This document shows positions 18,446 to 27,970 of a stretch of 29,513 nucleotides of DNA, piece after piece; the first letter of the stretch is position 1, and every line of letters starts with the position of its first letter. Location: IMG/VR virus record IMGVR_UViG_2563366805_000003. One strand, written 5' to 3'. A model generated the notes under the pieces. The model had not been told where the DNA came from and did not search any database. It saw nothing but the letters and a program-made list of their open reading frames with translations. This stretch comes from a virus. Its lineage: Duplodnaviria > Heunggongvirae > Uroviricota > Caudoviricetes. The position numbers and the translations under genes were made by a program.

Positions 18446-21162
18446 TGGCACAACTGACAGAAAAACAGAAAGCCTATTCCCGTCATCTCGATGAAAAATA
18501 TGGTTTCCCATCAGGGACGATGGAAACATTAGTTGGCAATGAATCTAGTGGTAACGGAAGTGCCGAGTCACCGAAAGGAGCTAGAGGATTTGCTCAACTG
18601 ATGCCCTCAGTAATGAGTGATGCTGGTTATCGTGGAACAGATCCGCGCTCACTGCCATTTGAAAAGCAAATGGATATCGCAGCAAACCATCTCAATAAAG
18701 GAATGAAGCGATTTGGTGATATAGGTATGGCATTGGCTGGGTATAATTCTGGCTATGCTCGTATTAATGCCGTAAGAAACGGTAAATCTACACTGCCAGA
18801 TGAAACGGCTAATTACGTAAGTAAATTTGCAGATGCCGGAATAATCCCTGATGACAGTGAAATCTTGCAGTTTGCACAAACCAGTCAACATCGCAATCTT
18901 CAGCAGCCTGACTACTCAGAGCTTGATAAAGAAATCTCTCAGGTGGGAGATATTTCTGCATGGGAAGCAAAACGTCAGCAATTTAAGAACATAGAAGCAG
19001 GACTACCAACAGCCAGTTCATGGGAGCAGAAAAGAGCTCAGTTTCTCGCCGATGAAAATGCCGGGGAACCGCAGCAGCAAGTAGCCAAGTCTAACCTTAA
19101 TCCTGAGATGGAATATCTTTCGCCAGGACTGAAAGCTGCGCCAGAGCAGATGGCCAGAGGGATTGCTAATATACCGTTTGATGTAATGGACGCAGGCGTG
19201 GGGGTAGTCAATGCGGCGCAATCAGCCGGAGCATGGGCAGCTCAGAAGCTTGGTGTGGGTGATGGCACATACACGCCCATATCACCTGTCTTTCGCCCAG
19301 TAGACCAACCTACAGATCCATACGCGCAGGCTGGTGAGCAGCTAGCACCTTACCTTATTACAGGATTAGGTGCAGGAAAGGCAGCTACCGCAGCTTCTTC
19401 AGTTGCCAACGCTCCACGTGCTGAACGTGCGGCCACAAAGGTGGCTAGTATGTTGGCAGAAAACCTGCCAGGTACATTGGTGAACGCCCAAAAGAACGGG
19501 CAGATCAGCCCAGAAGACCTAGCAAAAGAGACAGGTATTGGCCTAGCAGGATCGCTAGGAGCACGCGCTTTAATAAAGAGCGGACAGACAGCCAGTGACG
19601 TAATGCGAGATGTATTGCGGAGTAATACAAATCAATCAGGCCATGTGTTAGGGGCAGCAAATACTCTGGAAACCGCCAATGATGTATCGAAAGCAGCGCG
19701 TTCTGCCGTAGGCCGAGAGCATATCGCATCGCAGGCATCAAACGTCAGAGATGATGTCGCTAAGGCGGCGAAAATCACTGGTATTAATATCAACACCCTG
19801 ACGCCTGGAATGCGCTCAGGTAGTCGTGGAATTGCCCAAGCAGAAGGTGTTCTGGCATCAACTCCTGGGAATGTTCAGGATGCTCACCTTACGGCCTTCA
19901 ATGAAATATCCTCAAAGTTGAATAAGCAGTTGTCTGATTTCGGTGCTGAGTCTGGAAGCGCATCAGAAAAAAGCGCAGCAATTAAAGAGCGCATCATCGC
20001 GAGCCTCAGTGATATGAAAACAGCAGAGAATATGGCATGGGCAGAACTGCGAAGCACGATGCCACGCGAAAGGATGAAAATGAGTAATGGGATGGCTGTC
20101 GTCCAAGCAGAAAAAGCAGCCAATGTTCCACTCAGCCCGGAGATGAAACAGTTTCAGGCTGCCAACAACCAAGGTGGCGGCATAACCTTCGACGGGATGA
20201 AGGCATGGCGTGCTAAGTTTGCTGATGCTGAACAAGCAAACACCCGGGCAGGTAAGGCCAATGCCGCCCGGATTGCCGGAGAAATGCGCAGAGCTATCAC
20301 TGATGACATGCGCATCATGGCTGAAAAAGGAAACTTCCTCACAGAATGGCAGAAAGCTAACGATCTCTCTAAAAGTTACATTATCGCCAAACAAAATGCC
20401 GAATCTGTTTTTGGTCGAGATCTCGCATCAGACGCTATGGTAAGAAAAGGTGCCGATACGCTTAAGGCATCCGCAAACACTGGAACTGGAGCTTTTCACC
20501 GTCTTATCTCCGCGCTGCCGGAAGCAGAACGCCAACCAGCAATAGCATCTATTCTTCAGCATGCTGTGGCGCAGGGAGAGAAGGGAGGAATCGGTGAAGA
20601 GTCTGGTATCCAGTATTTTGCCAAGCTCATGACCCAGCAGAATGTAAACGCCATCAGTCGTCATGCGCCAGATCTCGGTAGAATGATGAAAGAGTTCGGT
20701 GTACTCGCTAAAGCCAGCACCAGACCGCAGCGATACGTAGAGCGCACGGGAAGAACAACTGAGGCTCTCAAAACGCTCGATTCAGGCCTTCCAAAGATCG
20801 TCGGCGTGATTATGAACGGAGTTCAACAGTCAGGTGCGATCGCTGGAGGCTTTGGCGGTGGTGTAATTGGTTCGATTAGTGGTTTGGTTGCTGGTGGCGC
20901 GCTGAGAAATACTGTGGCTAAGATTGGGGCGACAAGAAGTGGTAGGTATGCGATAGAGAAAGCCGTTCAGGAAGCTACAAAAGCAGTGCGCGCAGGGGCA
21001 TCACCAGCAGCGATCGCCGCAGCAGAGAAACGATTTTCGGCCAATAAAATTGCCATGAAAGCAATTCGTGATGCCGTTGGGGCTGAAGAATTCGTGAAAC
21101 TGACAAGGGCCGGGATTGTAGCTACCCTCAGTGGCATGAAAGATGTTAGCGAATGGGAATAG
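18436..21162 (+). CDS. large virion-associated protein with N-terminal lytic transglycosylase (SLT) domain
   Basis: 908 aa. SLT signature GNESSGNGSAESPKGARGFAQLMPSV ... LAGYNSGYARINAV (ES / GLMQ-like / YN-G motifs). Long alpha-rich C-terminus with a Gly-rich segment GAIAGGFGGGVIGSISGLVAGGAL. Confidence 0.7.
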   Translation: MAMMAQLTEKQKAYSRHLDEKYGFPSGTMETLVGNESSGNGSAESPKGARGFAQLMPSVMSDAGYRGTDPRSLPFEKQMDIAANHLNKGMKRFGDIGMALAGYNSGYARINAVRNGKSTLPDETANYVSKFADAGIIPDDSEILQFAQTSQHRNLQQPDYSELDKEISQVGDISAWEAKRQQFKNIEAGLPTASSWEQKRAQFLADENAGEPQQQVAKSNLNPEMEYLSPGLKAAPEQMARGIANIPFDVMDAGVGVVNAAQSAGAWAAQKLGVGDGTYTPISPVFRPVDQPTDPYAQAGEQLAPYLITGLGAGKAATAASSVANAPRAERAATKVASMLAENLPGTLVNAQKNGQISPEDLAKETGIGLAGSLGARALIKSGQTASDVMRDVLRSNTNQSGHVLGAANTLETANDVSKAARSAVGREHIASQASNVRDDVAKAAKITGININTLTPGMRSGSRGIAQAEGVLASTPGNVQDAHLTAFNEISSKLNKQLSDFGAESGSASEKSAAIKERIIASLSDMKTAENMAWAELRSTMPRERMKMSNGMAVVQAEKAANVPLSPEMKQFQAANNQGGGITFDGMKAWRAKFADAEQANTRAGKANAARIAGEMRRAITDDMRIMAEKGNFLTEWQKANDLSKSYIIAKQNAESVFGRDLASDAMVRKGADTLKASANTGTGAFHRLISALPEAERQPAIASILQHAVAQGEKGGIGEESGIQYFAKLMTQQNVNAISRHAPDLGRMMKEFGVLAKASTRPQRYVERTGRTTEALKTLDSGLPKIVGVIMNGVQQSGAIAGGFGGGVIGSISGLVAGGALRNTVAKIGATRSGRYAIEKAVQEATKAVRAGASPAAIAAAEKRFSANKIAMKAIRDAVGAEEFVKLTRAGIVATLSGMKDVSEWE

Positions 21163-21312
21163 ACGCTCTAACTAACAAAACCATAATAGCCAAGGACGGC
21201 ATACTGATATTGAGCCAACTATCAAAATTCCATATCACATTACGGGCCTGTGGCTTACATTCGCTTACAGTGATGATAATTTATAACCACGCAATTCTTA
21301 GGTGAGATTATC

Positions 21313-22011
21313 ATGATTAAAAATCTTCTTTTAATATTATCCCTGTCATTATTGGCTGGATGCGTACAAAAACCGTTAGTAACGGTCAATGCTTTATCTT
21401 CCGGGCAATCTGTCGGTAAGAAGTTCTTGATCATCCCCGCAAGCCAAGAACTTTGGAACACCAAACAGATTGAATACACTCAAATAGCTACGGTAGTAGC
21501 CGCCAGTTTATCAAGCCAAGGATATACACAAGTTAAAGATGAAAAATTGGCTGACCAGGTAATTCTCTTGAACTTTTTGAGAAGCGGGGCCATTTCAAAT
21601 ACTCGTAATGTAACCATCCCAATATACGGGCAAACTGGTGTGAGCTCAGCAACAACGTACGGAAACTCGAACACCACGTTCAATAGTTATGGTGGTGGCT
21701 ACGGTACAGCTAATACCACTGGAACGGCAACAACAGTTTATACGCCTACTTATGGAATTACTGGCGCGTATAACACAACTGTGACGGACACGTTCTACGG
21801 CGCAGGGGTGATACTCCAGTCGTTTGATGCCAAGGCTTATCTCAATAATAGGCAGATTAATATGTTATGGAAAGTTGGTAGCTCAGTCGTCTCGCAACAG
21901 TCTGATGGAATTGCTGATTACAAGGGGTTGGCGAGAATAGCCGCTAGCTATGCCGGGAAAAATACAGAAGGTGATATAACTTTTAATGTTGACCCTAAAG
22001 CACCAAATTAA
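21313..22011 (+). CDS. lipoprotein (signal peptide plus lipobox LLAGC), Thr/Gly/Tyr/Asn-rich; possible surface exclusion lipoprotein
   Basis: MIKNLLLILSLSLLAGCVQ fits a signal peptidase II lipobox. Low-complexity T/G/Y/N-rich middle. AT-rich gene with its own terminator. Confidence 0.65.
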   Translation: MIKNLLLILSLSLLAGCVQKPLVTVNALSSGQSVGKKFLIIPASQELWNTKQIEYTQIATVVAASLSSQGYTQVKDEKLADQVILLNFLRSGAISNTRNVTIPIYGQTGVSSATTYGNSNTTFNSYGGGYGTANTTGTATTVYTPTYGITGAYNTTVTDTFYGAGVILQSFDAKAYLNNRQINMLWKVGSSVVSQQSDGIADYKGLARIAASYAGKNTEGDITFNVDPKAPN

Positions 22012-22018
22012 CTAATAA

Positions 22019-22040
22019 GCCCGGTACGCCGGGCATTTAT
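22019..22040 (+). terminator. rho-independent terminator of the lipoprotein gene
   Basis: GCCCGG-TACG-CCGGGC hairpin followed by ATTTAT, 8 nt after the stop codon. Confidence 0.6.
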
Positions 22041-22871
22041 GCCCCTATTATTCATGAATCGCTTTTTCTAGAAGGTATGCGACAAACGTTAAGTGACATT
22101 GCCTACACATTCGGGGCGGGATTTCAAATCCGCTCCCAGTTGATGGGGGGCGTTACAGTACGCGCATATCCGCTTTATGTGAAACAGGAAGATTTTTCTG
22201 ATATCACTGCCACAGCAAAACACCAATTTCGTGACCAGTACGCGCGCGAGGGGTATCAGTTGCAAAAAATTTTGCAACTACGTCCGACCAGTACGCACAC
22301 GATGGCGGGGGATACCATGAAACTGTTCTCTACACGAGACAGAGTGGTGGTGATGTGTTGATTATCGGCGTATATGCGCACAGGACGCGCTATGACAATG
22401 TTTTATGCGGGTACACCAATCACATGTATCTGGTGTGATAAATCGCGTTACATGACCTCTCATGTTGTGCTGGTGGTTATCACGACGTTCTGAATCTGGC
22501 TTTTGTCTGATATTTTGCGACAAGTACGCGCGCGTAACATCGAAATTATCGGATGGCGTATGTTGCTGGCAAGATAAAGTCGGCGTAATACAAAGGCGTT
22601 ACTTGATAGCAGCAAGATTACAACAATGGTTGTTGAATTTGAGCGATGTAAGGAATTGATTTAGGGAGGCGCTGATGGCTAAAAAGTTCCACTACCAGCG
22701 GATGAATGCGCCAGCGATGGCCGTTTGGTAGTAAAAGAGGAGCCATTCCTCAATCAGTTGAATACATTATGCCAACTAAATGGGTGGGGGCACTGTGTGG
22801 GTATTCAGCGGTGACGGTATTTTTTAAGCCAAGGACTATCCGTAGCAGGGGGACTCATTTTGAAATATTTA

Positions 22872-23309
22872 TCATATGTAACTTATTATTTTAGATAAAG
22901 ATTTCCAGTTAAAGAAAAAAGTTATCATTGATATAATCAAATATGCCCCTGCGAGTAGCAGGGCATAATAATCCAGAGGCAGATTGCTGACAACAGGGGC
23001 AAACATCGAGATCATTGCTAATAGGCAGGCTGTGATCAGCGTAGTTCCTGTATCAAAAAGCCCCTCAATAATGCCTTTTAGTACTCCGTTACTTTTTAGA
23101 GCGCCTACAATTCCCTTTGAACTATCAAAGCTACTTAGCATGGTGACTGATGCCAAAACAAAACCAAAGAGAACTCCAGAAATAGTTGAAAGAGCACCAG
23201 CAGCCGAAATGACAGCATTGTGATCTAGGTCGTGTAAAAAATGGGCACCAGCAATAGCCATAGCTAGAGCAAACAATGACTTGGCAGCAAACAATTTCCG
23301 AGAACTCAT
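22872..23309 (-). CDS. small integral membrane protein, about four predicted TM helices; second gene of a two-gene operon
   Basis: 145 aa with four hydrophobic stretches: FALAMAIAGAHFL, ISAAGALSTISGVLFGFVLASVTML, TTLITACLLAMISMFAPVV, YYALLLAGAYLIISMITFFF. RBS AGGAAT; 12-nt gap after the upstream gene. Confidence 0.65.
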   Translation of the reverse strand: MSSRKLFAAKSLFALAMAIAGAHFLHDLDHNAVISAAGALSTISGVLFGFVLASVTMLSSFDSSKGIVGALKSNGVLKGIIEGLFDTGTTLITACLLAMISMFAPVVSNLPLDYYALLLAGAYLIISMITFFFNWKSLSKIISYI

Positions 23310-23321
23310 AATGTATTCCTG

Positions 23322-24407
23322 TTACGTTTGACTAACCAAATAGTACTGGGTTAGATACCTAAGGTTGTCATTCTTTGCTTGTAGCATAGCATTTTTAACG
23401 TCAGTATCGGTCGGATACCCATCTGCTTGGATAGGCACCATCTTCTTTACCGTAAGAACTTCGTCTACAAGACTTTTCTTCTTTTTATCGCCCTGAGCAA
23501 CAACATTTGCTTTCTCAAAAGTTAAACGACCATCACCACCAGGGAACTTTTCTAGCATCTCCTTAAGGCTTTTTTTAACGTCATCCTCAAGCCATCCCTT
23601 TGCTTTTCTTTTTAATGGAGAATGTCCGCGTAACGAAATAGTCAGGTGGCTTGAACTGGTGCCTCTGATCATCTCAATCATCTGATTCGCGAACATTCCA
23701 TCGAGTTGATACTGTGCGGCATTGAAGTTTCTTGGGATGGCCACAGAAATCTCGCAGCTTCTTAGATTGGATCCAGTTTCGAGTAGTTCTTTGATGCTTT
23801 CTTCTTTCCAAATGGCTTCAAAAGAAACAGGGACTCCGCGATCACTGGAGTTGAAAAGAAGGAAGGCTAAGTCACTATGGCGTGGACCTAAATGATTTAA
23901 AGACAATACTAGAATGTCTGTCTGAGGATAATAAATAAAGTATGTACGTTCTGAAAGAGTCTTTGCCCCGGCTAGAGGGATTTTCTCTTCCACCCACTCT
24001 TTATCTGTAATATATGCCAGTGTTGCGCTTTTTCTTCTTCGAGACATGAATCCGAAGTAGGAGCCATCCTCGGGTGAGATGTCTAGAAAATGAATTTTAA
24101 GTTCTCTTTCACCAAAGTCTGCATAGTGGGTCATCTTGAAGTCTTTAGAACACCGATCATACAGATTTTTAAAGGCCTCTGCGGTTAACCCCTTGTTACT
24201 AGTGCGAATATTCTCAGAGCTTGTGTAAAAGCCCACCCTTACAGATTTCAAACTTTGATCTTTTGGTGCCACAGTCATTTGAGCTCCATTGTACTCTGCG
24301 ATAGTTTTTGCACACCTTGAAATCAAAATCTCCATGTCAGTCACGAGAAAATAACTATGGATGAAACCCATCAAAGGCATTGAATACAGGTGGCTTTTGA
24401 GAATCAT
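23322..24407 (-). CDS. hypothetical cytoplasmic protein, no recognisable motif; first gene of the two-gene operon
   Basis: 361-aa ORF on the minus strand, no signal peptide or TM segment. AT-rich relative to the flanks. A long upstream non-coding region includes the second iteron cluster. Confidence 0.6.
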   Translation of the reverse strand: MILKSHLYSMPLMGFIHSYFLVTDMEILISRCAKTIAEYNGAQMTVAPKDQSLKSVRVGFYTSSENIRTSNKGLTAEAFKNLYDRCSKDFKMTHYADFGERELKIHFLDISPEDGSYFGFMSRRRKSATLAYITDKEWVEEKIPLAGAKTLSERTYFIYYPQTDILVLSLNHLGPRHSDLAFLLFNSSDRGVPVSFEAIWKEESIKELLETGSNLRSCEISVAIPRNFNAAQYQLDGMFANQMIEMIRGTSSSHLTISLRGHSPLKRKAKGWLEDDVKKSLKEMLEKFPGGDGRLTFEKANVVAQGDKKKKSLVDEVLTVKKMVPIQADGYPTDTDVKNAMLQAKNDNLRYLTQYYLVSQT

Positions 24408-24748
24408 CCTAACCTGGTGACGGTGGTTCGCATATCCTGATGGATGATCAGTGATTAATCAATGCGCCAAGCAGATGTGTCTATGTGTTTGTTAATCATT
24501 GCATGACAGTAGATCGACATGGGAGATCACGTTATATAGTTGAATTGTTAGGATATCCATGCACCGATCAACTGACTAGGCTGATGTGCTTTTTAGCAGG
24601 TGCCATATAGTAGTTAGGCGGTTCTGTGAAATGATTACTGTTCCAGCATAACTGCGGCATAAAGCGGTGCTATATAAGCTATTTGCTGGCGGATTTAGTC
24701 TTCACCGTTAATATATGTAGTGACTATTTGACAGAGTGTTAGTTCACG

Positions 24749-24848
24749 GACACTTTTTGTTGGTTCAAAATGAGTTGATGTTGGTTCAATATTTTAGAAA
24801 AAACACAATAAAAACAACGCTCTTTACAAATTGAACCAACTGAACCAA
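24749..24848. repeat. second iteron cluster, inverted relative to 15257-15367: 2 GTTGGTTCA, AT-rich spacer, 3 tandem TGAACCAAC
   Basis: GTTGGTTCA at 24749 and 24770. TGAACCAAC at 24822, 24831 and 24840. The reverse complement of 24808-24862 is near-identical to 15246-15300. Confidence 0.7.
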
Positions 24849-24894
24849 CTGAACCAACACCTTTTTGCTTATCTATATAATCTGAGAGGCAGAA

Positions 24895-25176
24895 ATGATA
24901 AGGGACAGGAAAGCTGAAGAGCTGGAGTCAAAAGGGCTATACCGGAGAGCTGCCGCACGATGGATGGAAGTCATGCTGTTATGCACCGAGGACGATGATC
25001 GGGAATGGATAAAGCGCCGCCGTGAAACGTGTCTGGAGAACGTGAAGCGCCCGCCCGTGAAGGTTGAGGAATTTGGCGACCTGCATAAAGCTGTTACCGA
25101 AACGCAACACCGCATGGGGATAGCGCAACCGAACGGTAACGCCTTCCGGTTAAATGGCGGCAAGAGGCAAAGGTAG
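24895..25176 (+). CDS. PerC-family transcriptional activator-like protein
   Basis: 93 aa. MIRDRKAEELESKGLYRRAAARWMEVM matches the recalled PerC/Pch N-terminal signature (AEELE..G.YRRAA.RW). Confidence 0.55.
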   Translation: MIRDRKAEELESKGLYRRAAARWMEVMLLCTEDDDREWIKRRRETCLENVKRPPVKVEEFGDLHKAVTETQHRMGIAQPNGNAFRLNGGKRQR

Positions 25177-25473
25177 ACCACCAGAGGGAAATCATCCTCT
25201 GGCTGGCGGTTTCTGGTATTTCGGGACAAGTACGCGCACGCGTAGCACCCAATCGGTGAGGAAATAGCGGCGACCTGAATGGTCAAAATCACAACGCAGC
25301 TATCCCCGTAAGCATCGCTTAACGGAATAGCAGTAACCTGAATCCAGTGGGGAGGGGGTAGTCAAATCTCTACAGGCCTGACTATCCGGGACTGCCCGCC
25401 CCATCGTTTTTTTATACCCGCGAAAAATGAAATTTAATCCGGGCGTGTTTCATCCTTCCAGAGGGTATGACGT

Positions 25474-25659
25474 ATGACACCACGCGAAATAGCCTTATTG
25501 ACCATCGCCAAACTTGAGCACGGAGGCCACCAGCTTACACAGGCAGATCAACGGGAGATAGAACGATCAGTTAATGCCGATATAGCCCGGCGCGACAGGT
25601 TCCGCGAAATGATGCGAGCACCTGCCTACCAGTGGAAGAAGCCAGCGCCGCGCAGGTAG
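25474..25659 (+). CDS. hypothetical small basic protein
   Basis: 61-aa ORF with plausible RBS GAGGGT. Confidence 0.35.
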   Translation: MTPREIALLTIAKLEHGGHQLTQADQREIERSVNADIARRDRFREMMRAPAYQWKKPAPRR

Positions 25660-25779
25660 ATATGGGATTATTCCACATGTAACTTATGCGTATTAAGCAA
25701 ATTTCCTTTATTCACCTTTACAGAATTGTGAGTACGTCAGTATCGTTATCCTTCCGATTCGCATTTATTCAGGATTTGC

Positions 25780-26322
25780 ATGTACCAGCTAAAGATAACC
25801 ATCCGAGACAGCAAACCACCTATATGGCGGCGTGTGCTGGTTCCAGAGCAAATCCCCTTTAGTAAACTTCATGCCGTGATCCAGTTAGCTTTTGGCTGGA
25901 ATGACGAACACCTGTATATGTTCGAGAAAGGGCGTAAAGGTGATCCAGGTAGCGAGTATCGCGTATGGGGTGAGGATGAAAGCATGGGTAACGCGGCAAT
26001 CACGCCACTATGGGCGGCGCTCCAGAATGAGGGTGACAAGCTGGTTTACACGTATGACTTTGGCGACTGGTGGGATTGCGTCATTGTGCTGGAGAAGCAA
26101 ACACACGATACGAGTAATCAGCCCATTAGCTGCCTGCGTGGGAAAGGCACCACCCCGGCGGAAAACTCAGGCGGCTTGCATGGTTACAATGAATTGCTAT
26201 TACAGGCCAGAGAGTCTGATAATCCTGAGCAGGCCGAGATCCACAATTTCCTGATGCTGGATATTGAACGCCGGGTTTACGACCTGAGCCGCATCAACGA
26301 CAGATTGCAGGCTATTAACTGA
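25780..26322 (+). CDS. pRiA4b ORF-3-like family protein
   Basis: 180 aa. MYQLKITIRDSKPPIWRRVLVPEQIPFSKLHAVIQLAFGWNDEHLYMF...YTYDFGDWWDCVI fits the recalled PRiA4_ORF3 pattern (YxLK..PPIWRR, FGW, DFGDWW). Confidence 0.6.
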   Translation: MYQLKITIRDSKPPIWRRVLVPEQIPFSKLHAVIQLAFGWNDEHLYMFEKGRKGDPGSEYRVWGEDESMGNAAITPLWAALQNEGDKLVYTYDFGDWWDCVIVLEKQTHDTSNQPISCLRGKGTTPAENSGGLHGYNELLLQARESDNPEQAEIHNFLMLDIERRVYDLSRINDRLQAIN

Positions 26323-26674
26323 CCCGCATGTATTCACCTGATATTGCGTTATCAGCGCCGCCAGTATCGCGCATAACAGCACAATGACCGGGTAAACCGT
26401 AACGCACGACCGTTGCGTTAGTCTCACCGCCGCGCCGTATCTGGCGCGATTCATACACTGTCACCCGCTCAAGCAGTCCACCAGCAACCATGCTTTCCAG
26501 TGTGCGCCGGGTTGATTCGAGCTGGTGACGCTTATCGAACGACACCATGCCATGAAGCAGGTAGGCCACACCCGACACATCGAACGGCGGCGCACCAATC
26601 TCACCAGTCACCCATTCGAGGTTATCCGGTTCAAAGTAGCTAAGTATCTCTTTTTTGCGGCTGGTCATTCTCAT
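26315..26674 (-). CDS. hypothetical protein
   Basis: 119-aa ORF converging on the previous gene, 8-nt overlap. Confidence 0.4.
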   Translation of the reverse strand: MRMTSRKKEILSYFEPDNLEWVTGEIGAPPFDVSGVAYLLHGMVSFDKRHQLESTRRTLESMVAGGLLERVTVYESRQIRRGGETNATVVRYGLPGHCAVMRDTGGADNAISGEYMRVS

Positions 26675-27272
26675 GGCTGGCTGATTCCTTATTGTGGGAT
26701 AGCACTATCATACAATAAGTGGGTTAAAGGGAGAGCGTTACCGCCTGATATGCTGTATGAATAACAACCAAATTTCAGGGGCGGAAAAAGATATGGGGGT
26801 ACTTTTGGGGGTATCTATAAAAAATGAACAATAAAAAAGGCAACAAAAACAAAGCTTATCGCCTATGTGTATTGTTCCTATTATCGCACCATTAAAATCA
26901 AATTGTTACGTAAGATCTTATCATTCTCCCACCAAAAAATTATCTTAATGTAACAGCTGGTGTAAGTAAATTCTATCAACGAAGATCAATCTTATCTACT
27001 GACCAAAAAGGCCTGATAGGGCTTCGCTCACTATACATCCTTGGCTGCAGGTTTAGTTGTACACCACTCCTAAATTTAATGTGTTGGCAATGTGTTCAAT
27101 AAAGCTCGAACAAATTAGCTCATTATGATCGGTTAATACTTCAACTTCTGGTTGCATGATTGTTTGTCCGTAAAAAGATAACGCGCCTGCCGGGTAGTAG
27201 CAGGCGCATTACGCAATAGGTAAACAAGGGAGGAAGTTCAGAAATGTAAATCGGGAAGGTTGTACGCAATGT

Positions 27273-27952
<680 letters not shown>

Positions 27953-27970
27953 TACAGTTCTCCACTATTG

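Noticed and set aside
22077-22361. 94-aa ORF (also 22462-22659 and 22706-22894) in the repeat-rich non-coding block
   Set aside because: The ORFs contain the repeated DNA motifs and palindromes, lack RBSs, and overlap each other; more likely non-coding.
26820-27272. Possible second tRNA fragment or att core at the right end of the element
   Set aside because: No tRNA-like 3' sequence was found by eye in this AT-rich spacer. Only the 20-bp GGGGGTACTTTTGGGGGTAT repeat at 26795-26814 is present.
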